The translations under genes and the position numbers were made by a program. The notes beneath the pieces were generated by a model, which saw only the letters and a program-made list of their open reading frames with translations, ran no database searches and had not been told where the DNA came from. 64,000 nt of DNA from Felis catus (lineage: Eukaryota): the NCBI RefSeq assembly GCF_018350175.1, contig NC_058383.1, positions 22,694,001 to 22,758,000 on the forward strand. The letters run 5' to 3'. This document shows positions 1 through 12,119 of this stretch, piece by piece (position 1 is the stretch's first letter; the number at the start of each line of letters is the position of its first letter).

Positions 1-342
1 ATTAAAAAAAAAAGATCTTATTTGACTCTTTAATGAAGACACTGATGAGATGTTACAGCCAGTTCAAAGGAGAATCCAAAGTACAGACACATTTATAGCT
101 CAGGAATATCGAAATGAACGTGCAGATGGAGACAAACTGGTTTTTCCACATGGAGAGGGTTGTATCTTCCTGGGACAGAATTCATTTGCATGCCTATAGA
201 CAGTAACTTTTCATTGCTTTTATTTAACCTACAGCTTTCAGAGATGTAACATAATTCCCAAAGAACCAGAAAAAGATAACAGAAGGATGTGCTATAGACA
301 ATGCAGTTTTCATTGAAATACAAAATGTCTCCTATATGAATA

Positions 343-742
343 ATGTTCTAGTTGGAAGGTGTCTCCTAAAATTCTTGTTGAAGCTCTAACTCCCAATGTG
401 ATGGTATTTGGACCGGGTTGGCTTTGGGAGTTAATTAGGTTTAGATGTGGTCACAAGGGTGGGGTGCTCATGAAGGGATTAGTGTCTTTATAAGAGAACG
501 AGACCACGGGACTGCTTTCTCCCTCTTCCCTCTCTTCCCACCTCCCTCCGCTCCCTCCTCTCCCCCCACTTTGTGAGCACACAGCATGAAGACAGCCCTC
601 TGCAGACCAGGAAGTGAGGCCTTACCAGGGACCCAATCTGCAGCACCTTTGGACTTCCCAGCCTCCAGACCTGTGAGAAATGTCTGTTGTTTAGGCCACC
701 CTGTCTGGGATATTGTGTTATAGCAACTTGTTTACTAAGACA
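343..742 (+). mobile_element. MaLR solo LTR, MLT1A-like
   Basis: Motifs match the MLT1 consensus as recalled (ccaatgtgatggtatttgg, gattagtgtctttataagag, ggacttcccagcctccagacctgtgagaaa) and the element ends taagaca. Confidence 0.8.
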
Positions 743-760
743 GGTAAAAGGTTTAGCATA

Positions 761-975
761 GGGGCACCTGGGTGGCTCACTTGGTTAAGCATCCGACTTC
801 GGCTCAGGTCATGATCTCACGGTTCATTGGTTTGAGCCCCGCATCGAGCTCTGTGCTGACGGCTCAGATCCTGGAGTCTGCTTCAGATTCTGTGTCTCCC
901 CCTTTCTCTGCCCTTCCCCTGCTCACGCTGTTTCTCTCTATCTCAAAAATAAATAAACATTAAAGAAAAAAAAAG
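761..975 (+). mobile_element. CAN-SINE (SINEC)
   Basis: tRNA-derived head ggggcacctgggtggctc, CT-rich segment, A-rich tail. Confidence 0.95.
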
Positions 976-1149
976 GTAGCGTAGAAGCAGGCATACAGTA
1001 AACGTGTCATTTCTTTGTCCTGCAGAGCCCTTTTGTGACAGTTTCCATATAGAAGGGTGCTATGGGCAGCAATCTGCCAGCAGGAGATGTGTGTGGCTAG
1101 GCTTATTTTGAAACAGCACAACGGTTGTACTTCACTTAGATTGTGTATT

Positions 1150-1600
1150 TATTTGGGGTAGGGATATCACTGGGCCGAAAGGGTGCCAAGAGCAAGCACC
1201 TAGCTCTGGAGGTCCCAAACAGACCAGGTCTGGCCATTCGCTGCTGACAAAATCCAAAAGCAGAGAGCCAAGGGGGGTAGGAGGAGAGTGAAACAAGAAA
1301 GGGATTTATTTCTGCGAGAACAACACGGAGAAGAGAGCCGTGTAACATCTCAAAGACTGTCTCCCAAGTGCCAAAAGCACTTCCAGGTTTAATGTAAGGA
1401 AAATGTGGGACAAAGGTCGGTGGGTACGTGCAAGTGGGCACTGAAGATCAGGTCACGATTGTCTTAGGGTCAGGCAGGACGGGTCTTGCTGGCTCAGGGT
1501 GGTCCTTCTTGCTTGAGGGGGTAGTTTTGTTTTCCATCACGGGATGCTTTCCTCACTGGGGCCTTTTGCCTGTTAAGAGCTTGATCAATGAGAAAGTTTG
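1150..1600 (-). mobile_element. Probable carnivore ERV solo LTR
   Basis: LTR-like layout on the minus strand with a polyA signal (tttatt on +, about 1305-1310). Family not identified. Confidence 0.45.
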
Positions 1601-2299
1601 AGGTCAAAATTAGAAAGGTTGATGTACTCTTTCAGAGAGGGGACAAAGCCCCACAGCTACCTCTTACTGCTTCTAGGGTTCATTTGGCCATTCAACAAAT
1701 ATTTATTGGCACCTGGGGTTATAGAAGCATACAGAGTTTTTGCTTTTATTAGTGGGGCAAAACAGACAATGGAGTATCGACAATTTGTGCTTGGAAGGAA
1801 AATTATGCATTGCCTTTCTTCGTGGCACAGACATCTCACAAGGCGGTTACTCATAGATGAATGATAGTGATGCAAGTTATTCAGCGGGCTGGACAGACAA
1901 CCCTCACTGCTGATGGAAAAGCTGGTTTTGTGTCCCTTTGTCCATGTGTTCCAACATTCCGTTATTCTGTATAAATTTACCTTTTTAAGCTTTTTTGGTT
2001 AACATTTTTTTAAGTAATCTCTACACCCAGTGTAGGGCTTGAACTTATCAACCACAAAACCGACTCTCATCCTTAGCAACTGAGCCAGCAGACGCCCCAA
2101 CCTTTTTTCTCTTTTGAATGGATTATAGCGTCTGCTTGCTGCCCTTCTAATTAGTTAAAATATTTAATACGTGCTCATTTCAATATGTGTGAGAATCATG
2201 ACTTTTTCGGGAAAAATTATCCTTTAGCAAAATAAGCAAACCTGTAGTATATCTATGGTGTAATGTATGATGGAGAAAATAAGGGAGTATAGAGGAGAG

Positions 2300-3060
2300 C
2301 GGGCGGGTCATTTCAGAGAAGGTGGTGTGGCGCAAGACCCCGCTGGTTAAAAATACCCCCAAAATATACCGAGTTTATCTGAAATCAAATTTAAGTGAGC
2401 GTCCTGCATTTCATCCGACAAGCCTACTCCAAAAGGAGGAGAGCGCGCAGGCCTCGCGAAGTTGGCTTGATGGGCTTTGATCCCATTGCTGGTCGAGAAG
2501 ACCGGGCGAACGCAGCCCCGACAGAGGGGAAGCATCTTGGTAAGATACCTCCCGGGGCCCCTAAGACCGCAGGGAGGCGGGGGCCGGAACGGTGGGCGGG
2601 GCCTCACACGGCCCCGCCCATCACGTGCCAAACCCGCGCCTGCCGCGTCGGCAGCCCCGGAGCGCGCCGGACGGCGGCGGTGGCAGCCAGAGGGGAAGGG
2701 GCGGCAGTGGCTTGAACAGCGGGGTTTGGGCCATGGCGGCGGCGGCGACGGTGCCAGCGGGGGCCGAGGCCGCGGCGGGGGCGGAGTCGGCCGAGGGGCC
2801 CCCGGGGCCGGCAGCAGCGCTGGAGCTGTGGCTCAGTGAGTAGCGGGGCCGCCCCTCGGCACGGGCCCAGAGCCACACGTGAGGCCTGGCTTCCCGCCTC
2901 CCCAGGCCTTTCTTCGGACGCGGCGGCGGGCAGGTGGCCGCGGGGAGGGGGCTGGGCTGGGCCGGGCCGGGGTGCGGGGATCGGCCCGGGTGCGGCGCGG
3001 CGGGCCCGAGTCTACGTGCTCTGCTCCCTGCCACTGCCCACCATCACTGTCGTCGTAGCT
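2300..3060 (+). promoter_or_regulatory. GGA2: CpG-island promoter of GGA2 (GC boxes, ETS site, E-box)
   Basis: CpG-dense. GC boxes gggcgggg 2594-2601 and ccccgccc 2612-2619, ccggaa at about 2584, tcacgtg 2621-2627. Spans exon 1. Confidence 0.9.
2733..2835 (+). CDS. GGA2: GGA2 exon 1 (coding part)
   Basis: Kozak gccATGg; MAAAATVPAGAEAAAGAESAEGPPGPAAALELWL; donor gtgagt at 2836; phase 1. Confidence 0.97.
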
Positions 3061-5375
3061 CATAAACCTTAAAAACGTAATGGCTAGCGTTTGTTGAGCT
3101 TTTCTTTTGTGTCAAGTACTCTGCTAGAAGCAGTCCAGCCTTTGTTAAACCTCATTACGACCCCAAGAGGCAGCTTCTATTATTAACCACGTTTTGGAGA
3201 TGGGGACGTTTACACTGAAGGGGACTGGTCTTATTCGTGCAAGCCAGGCAGCCTCTTGCGGTCTCTTTGGAGCTAGCACAGATCGCTGGCTGGCTGCGGT
3301 CGTCAGTGTCAAAACAAGCCCTTTATACCTTTTGCGCGTGTTTACTCTGGCCGGACTTATGTGTATGGTTAGCTTCACGACAGCCCTCGGGGGTTGGGGT
3401 TGTTATGTCCTTGTGTTACGGATGAGGCATTGAAATTCAAAGAGGACAGAGACCGTGCAGCTTGTATTGGGCTCTGCTAGGTGCTGGAAATCCTCTGAGA
3501 TGCATAACACAGGGCCCTTGATCACAAAGACATTGTTTAATGGGTCCAAGCCCACAGTAAGGGCACCTTGTCGTAACTAATGGACATTGGGGGTGGGGGC
3601 CCACAGTGGTGGTAGGAGTTGATCTGTTTACCTGGGGATTGTCACAGCAGATCTAGCATTTAAGTGGACAGTGTAGGCAAGAACATCTCTCAAGCACAAG
3701 AAGCTGCATGTGCAAAAGCTGGGGACAAGAGAGTGTGGAGCATTCTCGGAACCAGTAGTTGGTAGTGCTAGAGTGCAAAGCCTGAAGAACAAAGCCTGGA
3801 AAAGAGGCTGCAGGGCTAATTGGGGCTTGTATGCTGCAGAAAGGAGTTTATATCTTATTCTGGGGTGGGGTTGGGGTGGAGTTTTCAGCTGGAGAATCTG
3901 ATCCGGTACACCTATTAACAGCATTACCTGCAGTCATGTGGAGCCAAACTGGTTAAGGAGGAGAGTAAATACAAAAGGTCTTTCGGTAGTGTTGGGGGCT
4001 GAAGAAGGACAAAGGCATTGGGACTGACAGTAGAAATCATTAGTAGGCACAGCCCGCAGCCTTGATGCATTTAAATGGAGGCAGGAGACCAGAAGAAGTC
4101 TGGGGTGGATCTCTGGGTTCGGACTCCGGGTAACTGGTTGGTTAGAAATGACTCACGGTCATTTCTCCTCCTGTGTCAAGTCTCCTCCTGTGAGGAGGAC
4201 TTGTTTAAGAAGGAAGGGATGGTTGAGTTGTGGAGTTTGAGGTGCAAGTGGCACAGCCAAAAAGAGACCTTCTCCAGGCAGGTGGTCAGCTGCAGAGAGG
4301 GTAAGAGCTGGAGGTCAGTGTGGGAATCTTCAGTTCATTGACAGAGAGCTTGTCCAGAGCAGAGGTTTGCAGATGGAGCGTGGAGAACCTCACCATTTAG
4401 GAAGCAGGTGGGGAAAGCAGCCTGACACGGGCGGAGCGGACACAGGCAGGGGGAGAGCTGGGAGGGCGGGGAGCCACAGATCTCAAAGGAGGGGTGCAAG
4501 TTGGTAGGTAGCTTTGCTGCAGAAAGATGGAGGTGGGTCAGGCAGGAGAAGGGGGAACTTTGAATTTGGCAACTAGAAGGTTACTGATGAGGCATCTTTG
4601 AGTTAAATGGTGGGGACAAGCGGCTAATTAGGTGGTGGAGAACATGCCTCGACTGGAGTTGCCAAAAAGAGAGTCAGGTGGGCTGGGTGCAAGGATGGCT
4701 GTCAGCTGACCCGGTACAGGAGCTAACAGGATACAAGACTGCCAGAGGAGGGGGTTCTTTAGCCCCAGACGTTTTAGGCTACTGTCCCAAAGGTGCTGGA
4801 TCTTCTAGTTCAGGTAGAGCTAGAACCTACATTTTTATGTAAAATCTCTTGAGTTTTGAAGAGTTGGCAACGACTCTGAAACATAAAGTTTGGTGTAGGG
4901 AGAGAGAGTAGCCCCTGGTCACTAGCCTTTTTTTTTTCTTTTTCTTTTCTTTATTTTTTTGATGGCCTTTGTGGAAGGAAGGAGGGAGGGTAGCTAGAGG
5001 GAATTCAGGTGTAAAGGAGATCTTACAAGGAGAGGGGCACTTGTAAGCCCCTCTTTAGCCTGTTGTTCCATTGAGGAACTATCCTTAAATTCCAAGTCCA
5101 GTGCTGTAGCTCCTGGCAAGGGGCTTGAAGATGCTGTGGGAGGTCAGAGCCCGAGCAGAAAGGGGTGATTTGGCTTCGCAGAGAAGGGCACCTTGTGTTT
5201 TTCTGAATGTTTGGGGAAGGAGATAAAGATGATTACACATGCAAATAAGTTTCAGTATCACTGCCCCCATTCCCTGCTGAGTGTTGGGGGCTGCAGTGGA
5301 ACCAGGGGGTCCAGGAACGAAGTGGGGAAGTTTGGGAAGGGAAACAAAAGGGAGCCCACCTGTATGGTTGAGAAC

Positions 5376-5570
5376 AGGGTTTCTCAACCTTGACATCGAT
5401 GGCATATTGGGCTCCATAACAGTGTTGTGGGGCCTGTCCTGTGCATTATAAGATGCTTGGTAGAATCTCTGGCCTCAATCCATTAGATGCCAGTAGCACA
5501 CACCAAAATGTCCAGATAAAACCAAAAATGTCTCCAGATATTGCCAAATGTACCCTTGGGGAGAGGGGCA
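5376..5570. mobile_element. MER20-like hAT DNA transposon
   Basis: cagggtttctcaacctt...ctgtcctgtgcattataagatg...tctccagatattgccaaatg. Further copies at about 18640-18810 and 44770-44975. Confidence 0.75.
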
Positions 5571-5726
5571 GGATCACGTTCCTCCTTCACACTTGAGATC
5601 CTCTGAGTTTGGACCTCCAAGTGTTGATTGGACATCAGAAATGTTTCTTCTAGTCTTCATGGTTGTGTGATTCTCCACCTCTAGTAGGATCAGAGGAGGC
5701 AAACTACGGTTGAAACTAGATTTGCT

Positions 5727-5896
5727 GGGGATGCCTTGGTGGCTCTGTCGGTTGAGGCTGAGCATCCAGTTTCAGCTGGGGTCATGCTTTCAGGGTTTAT
5801 GAGTTCGAGCCCTGCATTGGGCTCTCTGCTGTCAGTGCAGAGCCCACTTTGGATCCTCTCTCCCTATCTCTTTGTCTCTCCCCTGCTTACGCACGT

Positions 5897-5941
<45 letters not shown>

Positions 5942-5968
5942 AAACATTAAAAAAAAATAAAAACCTTT
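5727..5968 (+). mobile_element. CAN-SINE with (CT)n
   Basis: SINE head and tail; TSD aaactagatttgc on both sides. Confidence 0.9.
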
Positions 5969-6443
5969 AAACTAGATTTGCCGGGATGGGGGGAGTGGGG
6001 CACAGTGGACTTGGTGCTAAGGAAGGACAAGGAGGTATGGAGGGGGTGATGGTATGGCAAGGATAGTATAGCTGCGTTCCCTGAGTCTGGGCTGGATGGA
6101 GGAAGAAGTCACTTTAACTGCAGTCTGATGACTGCCAAGTTCAGGTCACTAACAGATCTGGCCTCAGCGGGCAGGGCAGCTGTGTCTCGAAGACGGGGAT
6201 AGTACTAACCTGTCCTTGTTAGAGTTGTTAATACATGTGAAACACTTAGAATAGTGCCTGGCATGTAGTGTTAAATATTATTATTATTAGTGTTTTCAGT
6301 TGTGAATGGGAGAAAACTCAGTCATATTGGCTTAGCAGAAAAAAAAAAGAAAAACTTTGGACCTAGAACTGGGGAGGAGTAGTTCTCCAAAGGAACATCA
6401 GGAAGCTGTTACTCTAAGCTTATACTTTAAAAATACAAATAGC

Positions 6444-6852
6444 AGGGGTTCCTGGGTGGCTCGGTGGGTTAAGGATCTGACTGTTCATTTCGGCTCAGGT
6501 CATGATCTCGAGGTTTGTGAGGTCGAGCCCCCACATCGTGCTCTGTGCTGATAGTGTGGAGCCTGTTCGAGACTCTCTCTCTGCCCCTCCCTCACTCATG
6601 CTATCTCTGTCAAAATAAGTAAACATTAAAAAAAAAATGCAAATAGCGGGGCACCTGGGTGCCTCAGTTGGTTAAGCGTCTTCGGCTCAGGTTATGATCT
6701 CACAGCTCATGAGTTCGAGCCACATCGGGCTCTGTGCTGACACCTCACAGCCCAGAGCCTGCTTTGGATGGATTCTGTCTCTCTCTCTCTCTCTCTGCCC
6801 CTCCCCAGCTCATGTTCTGTCTCTCAAAAATAAACAAACATTAAAAAAAATT
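6444..6852 (+). mobile_element. Two tandem CAN-SINEs
   Basis: Two heads and two tails; target aaaata/gcaaatagc occurs three times. Confidence 0.92.
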
Positions 6853-8965
6853 AAAATACAAATAGCAGCTCTGTGCATTCTGTAACCCTCTACCCTCAAA
6901 TTTAATTGATTTTGGTTGCTGTTCCACATGACTGCATACATATGTCTCATTTTGTTACTGAAAACCTCTATGTCCCTTTATATGGGTATACTGTAATTGA
7001 TTTAACTCACTGCCCTCTTAGTGGGCCTTTTAGCTTTCTGGCCGTCCCATGCTCTTCCAACCAGCACTGGGGCCCCTCGGTCTCTAGGATGGTAGCTGCA
7101 GATGTGCTGCCAGGGGCTATTTGCCATCTTCTGTGCTTAAAGTGGGGTGCTCGGTAAATCCCTTTCTTCCTTCCACCTGGACCTACCCCCAGGTGATGTA
7201 TCCTGTCTTCCTTCCAGCCCCCCTTTTGTGCCTCTTTTGGAGTTTGGGGTGGTCAAATCGCAATCTATTTATATGCTCCCAGCTTCTGGTGGGCTGAGCT
7301 CCTTCTTTATCTTGGAGCATGGCATAGGAGATTCCTGTGGTGGGTCTCGGTACCCAAGACACATCCAGTGTGCTTAGTTGAATGACCGCTGGACTACTGT
7401 AGGGGTCAGTGGGTGCTTCCTGAAGGATTGAATTCTAAATGCTCCTTGAGGTGACTGCTTGCTTCCCCACAGCCCCAGGGTTCCCCTTTCTAGCACAGGC
7501 TGCTCAGAGCGCCACAGTCATGACTCTAGTGGTTGGTTGGCAGCTGGTGTGAGATGATTTGCCTTCTGATTTGGTCACTCTTAGATGAGCTATTTCACTC
7601 ATGGCTGGAGGGCTCAGCTGTTTCCTTAATACCTCTCATCCTGCAGCAGGCTTGAAATGGATAGAAACATTGCTTTTATTAAGCAGATAGATGGTGGTAG
7701 TGTTGTTTGTCCTGCCCAAGTGCCAGCTAAATAAATCCACTAGGATGGCCCCCGGGGAGGGCTGTGGCAGTCACGAGAAACAGAGAAGGGGTTCTTTGAG
7801 TTCTTCCTTGGCCATGCCCTGCTTGCCCCCAGCCACTCCTTGGGGCAGATGGGTATCCTACAAACCTGGGTCAGTGCCATGGCCTGATCAGACCCAGCTG
7901 ATGGTCCCCTGGGGGTCGTTTTCTCTGGAGCTGCTCGAGGCCTCTGAGATAGCTTGACAGGCCAGCATTACGTTTTGGGAAACCCAGTTGTTTCAGAACT
8001 GGAATACCCATCTCCTGGAGTCAGAAATATGTCCAGCCAACTGGTCAAACTGTGTATAGCAAAGGGTGAATCATTCATTCATTCAATAGATCTTTGTGCC
8101 GATTACTATTCTGGGTGCTAGAGCATGTGAAGGTGAATGAGACTGATCTTCTTGCTTTAGGGAGCTGATGACTTAGTGGTGAGAAAATCGAAGAAACTAG
8201 TTCCCAAAGAGGCCTTGTCTCTGTCAAGGAACTGAGTTTACCTTGAGAAATGTTTGGGCCCCGGCTTGGGCCAGACCTGGGACCGAAGTTCCGTTCCTGT
8301 TGTTTTCCAGTTTTTGTGGCCGGGTAGGCTTTTTTACCTGTAAAATGGTGAGATGATGGTGGTGTTCTCCCTTCTGAAGATTAGAAGGAAGGGAGGCTTG
8401 GAAAACACTCAGCCTGGTGTATGACACGTAGTAACTTCTTAAAAAAAAAAAAAGAAAGAAAGAAAAAGCATCTAATACTATTATTGCTATTATTTGGGGG
8501 CTGGGATAAACTTTGAGGGAATCCTCATGATACAAATAAAAAAGAAACTCTTACGCTGTATAGATCTAGCTGCTTTGCCTTGGCTAAGGGTTTGGAACAT
8601 GACTTAATTTCATAGAAGTATTTTCTTCCTTTGGAAAAGCTGGTGCCTGTCTAACTCTTTTCACTTGGTGGTGGGGGTGGGGAGATGCCGGAGGAGGAAG
8701 GCTGGATTCTGTAGGTCTCTGCCTCTGGGTCCAGTTGCATGTTGAGGTCTGAATGCCTGGAGGCGTCAACCTTGACCTTGTAGTGAACCAAAACTTCAAG
8801 AAGCTTAAATAGGACAGAATTATTTTAGATGAGTCACACCTCCTTAATCAGAATCTCCGGAGTCACTGCTTTAAATAATTTATTTCATGAGTAATTATTT
8901 TGTGCCTTTGAGTAAGACATTGTACTAAGCACTGCAGGGAATATATGGCTTTTGCCTTCTAGAGT

Positions 8966-9420
8966 ATTTTTTTTTAATGTTTGTTTGTTTATTTTTTATT
9001 TATTTATTATTAAAAAAATTTTTTTTTAACGTTTATTCATTTTTGAGACAGAGAGAGACAGAGCATGAACGGGGGAGGGGCAGAGAGAGAGGGAGACACA
9101 GAATCTGAAACAGACTCCAGGCTCTGAGCTGTCAGCACAGAGCCTGACGCGGGGCTCGAACTCACGGACTGCGAGATCATGACCTGAGCTGCAGTCGGAT
9201 GCCCAACTGACTGAGCCATCCAGGCGCCCCTTGTTTGTTTATTTTGAGAGAGAGAGAGCTCAAGTGGGAGAGAGGCAGAGGGAGAGAGAGAGAATCCCAA
9301 GCAGGTTCTGTGCTGTGAGCGTGGAGCCCAACACGGGGCTTGATACCATGACCATGAGATCATGACCTGAGCCAAAATCGAGACTCAGACACTCAACCAA
9401 CTGAGCTATCCAGGCGCCCA
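8966..9420 (-). mobile_element. Two nested antisense CAN-SINEs
   Basis: Reverse-complement heads (ccaggcgccc) at about 9230 and 9420; duplicated ttgtttgtttattt. Confidence 0.92.
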
Positions 9421-10838
9421 GGAGAGGATTTTCAAGATATAGCATAGGGAAAGAGCTTTGAAGAGGAGCAGGTGAGGGAATGTGGGCACTGCCAGCCAGA
9501 ATGGTGTTAGCGTTTTGAGTCTTACTGTTGAGGTGGACAGACACATGACTTCCACATGACAGAAGTGTGACTGTCATCAGGAAAGGTTATACTCTGCTTG
9601 ACCCTGGGATCTTTAGTGATTGGAAGGGAGGAGAATCTCGGGGGCTAGAGCAGTGGGAGGAGGTTTTGGGAGAAGGTGGAAAGTCAGGTGGGCCTTGAAG
9701 AATGGGGTAGGATTTTGAGGAGAGGAGTAGAGGGTCAGGCAAAAGGAATAATGTCAGAAACAGGACCCTAGAATCAGCCTATTGTAGAGCTTGAAAGATC
9801 TTCTCTGTCAGGGTCAGGAAGGTCTTTCCCTGGAGAGGTGGGTAGGCCCCAGAGAACTGGACAGGAAGGAGTTGGGGTGGCAGTTAGGAAAGCCTAGGAC
9901 AGAGGCCTCCCAGCAGCTCCTTTGTGAGAGAGCAGAGCCTGGTTTAGTCTGGGGCGGGACACGCGTGATGGACACGCTTTCTGGGCGACTAGACAGGAAT
10001 TCTAGGCAGCAGCAGCAGGAGAAGAAGCTGCTGTCACCCAGCACCAGGAAGGTCAAAGATCGCCCCTCCCCTCAGTGGAGCATGGTCTTAAGTTAGGCCT
10101 TCTGATAATGCTCCTTCTGGAGGTGTCTCTGTCTGTGCCCCCATGGCTTCGACGCTGAATGTCCTCAGATGTCATCCAAATACTAATGTCCAGTGCAGGG
10201 GACCCTAGCATGATTGGATCTGGGGTCCCTGGGAATGTGTAAGTTTATGGAAAGGAACAGCATTTTAAAGAGTGAACGTGAGGAGGTCCTTTTATTAGAC
10301 CACACAAGCCGCTGTTACGTGGAGAAGCTTCTTACATAGGATGCTCAAAAAGCATTTCAGTAAGCTGAGGGTTAGTTTGAAGGGTATTGTTTTTGAGGAG
10401 ACTGTGGGATGACCAGGTGGAGCCACCTAGAGCCTTGTGGTATGTTCTAAACTTAGTTCACACAGTTCAGGAACTTACAACTAACCTCCCAGATTCTGGT
10501 CCCTGCTCACCCTTGTTGCCGGGCCAAAGTGGGGAAGTCCTGACGGGAGGCATGAAGGAGGCACACACAGGCCAACCCCTGCCCCGGAAGTAGAGTCTCT
10601 TGTAGGACAAGAGCTTTTGTGTTCATTCAGTCAGCAGATCTTCAGTGCAGCCTCATCATGTGCCAGACACTGTGCCTGATGGTGGCCAACTGCACAGCCA
10701 GGGTCCTGTCCCTTCAGCTCTCTGCCTGCGAGTTGCGATCCCCTGCAGGAGTGATATCACAGTCCTTGGCTGCCACTTTATTTGCAGGGGGGTAGGGTGT
10801 ATGTTTATTTTTATTCTTTATTTTTATTTCCTTGACAG

Positions 10839-10923
10839 ATAAAGCCACAGACCCAAGCATGTCGGAACAGGATTGGTCAGCTATCCAGAATTTCTGTGAC
10901 CAGGTGAACACTGATCCCAATGG
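10839..10923 (+). CDS. GGA2: GGA2 exon 2 (VHS domain)
   Basis: cag|(N)KATDPSMSEQDWSAIQNFCDQVNTDPN(G)|gtaagg; 85 nt. Confidence 0.97.
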
Positions 10924-11803
10924 GTAAGGTGACTTTCACACACATATACACACACCTCAGATAAGGGGGATACGTCAGACTAAGTGCATGTTTTTGTCTC
11001 ATGGGTCTGTTTTACTTAAGAGAAAGAAGGTAAGGCTCTCTTTCCTTTTTTTTTTCCCCTCCGTGGTCTGAGAACACTTTTTCCCAAAAGTCATGTTTTT
11101 CTGTTTGTTTGTTTTTAAACAGAATAGTCCACTTGTAATTGGCAATTATTTGGAAAGAATTTTAGTGTTAGGAGACACTACTGTTGAGGAGACCTCTAAA
11201 TGTTACGGGTAGGATGTAGCAAGGTTATGTAGCAATGCAATAGAGATCAGTGTGTTCTCCATAATTTAAATGTCATCTTTCTTAAGAATAAGCAGGAAAA
11301 GGGTAAGATTTTGTTGATTTCTGTTCCCAAAGCATCTGGATAGGAACTGAAGAATCAAGTCAGTCATCAGTTGTTTAATCTACGTGTTGCTGAATATTCA
11401 GCATTTGGAAATGAGTGAGAAGTTTGATCACACTTTCTGCTCTAGTGTTTATTGAGCATTTGTCATCTGACAGACAGAGTCTATACTGCTCGTGACCTGG
11501 TTACACGCAGATCTGGCCCTGGGTGTTCAGCTTGCACTTTTAGAGATGTTAGGGGTGGGTTGGCTATGGGCAGGATGATGTGCTGCTGTGGACGAGAGGA
11601 GGACAGCAGGTGCTGTCACTGCAAGAAGGGTGGGTAGGGGGTTGTTCTCCTCAGAGGCACGTGGGTGTGCTGGGTGTGAGTCAGTCCACCTCTGCTCTGG
11701 GACCTGTGCTTCTGGAAGAGAGGTGATTCGACTGAGCATACTCAGCCATACTGGTTGGTTTCTTCCTGTCCGCCCATAGCCCAGGTCTCTCTGTTTTCCT
11801 TTA

Positions 11804-12024
11804 TTTTATTTTACTAAAAACTTTTTCTTTTTCAATGTTTACTTTTGAGAGAGACAGAGTGTGAGCGGAGGAGGGGCAGAGAGAAAGGGAGACTCAGAAT
11901 CCAAAGTAGGCTCCAGGCTCTGAGCGGTCAGCACAGAACCCGACATGGGGCTCGAACTCATGAACCGTGAGATCGTGATCTGAGCTGAAGTTGGACGCTT
12001 AACCGACTGAGCCACCCAGGCGCC
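11804..12024 (-). mobile_element. Antisense CAN-SINE abutting the exon 3 acceptor
   Basis: Full SINE flanked by the 18-bp TSD tctctctgttttccttta (11786-11803 and 12025-12042). Confidence 0.96.
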
Positions 12025-12043
12025 TCTCTCTGTTTTCCTTTAG

Positions 12044-12119
12044 CCCAACCCATGCACCCTGGCTACTGGCCCACAAGATCCAGTCTCCACAAGAGAAAGA
12101 AGCTCTTTATGCGTTAACG
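12044..12119 (+). CDS. GGA2: GGA2 exon 3 (VHS domain)
   Basis: tag|PTHAPWLLAHKIQSPQEKEALYALT|gtgagt; 76 nt. Confidence 0.97.

Noticed and set aside
1..340. Possible 3' end of the upstream neighbour (EARS2 by human synteny) or the 76-aa minus ORF
   Set aside because: No recognisable coding similarity or splice structure; cannot be supported from the sequence.
761..850. tRNA-like A and B boxes
   Set aside because: These are the tRNA-derived heads of CAN-SINEs, not tRNA genes.
772..963. Recurrent ORFs such as MAQSVKRPTSAQVMIS... across the window
   Set aside because: These are translations of SINE sequence, not a gene family.
2347..3072. Multiple overlapping ORFs on both strands
   Set aside because: Stop-codon scarcity in a CpG island; only the frame from ATG 2733 splices into GGA2.
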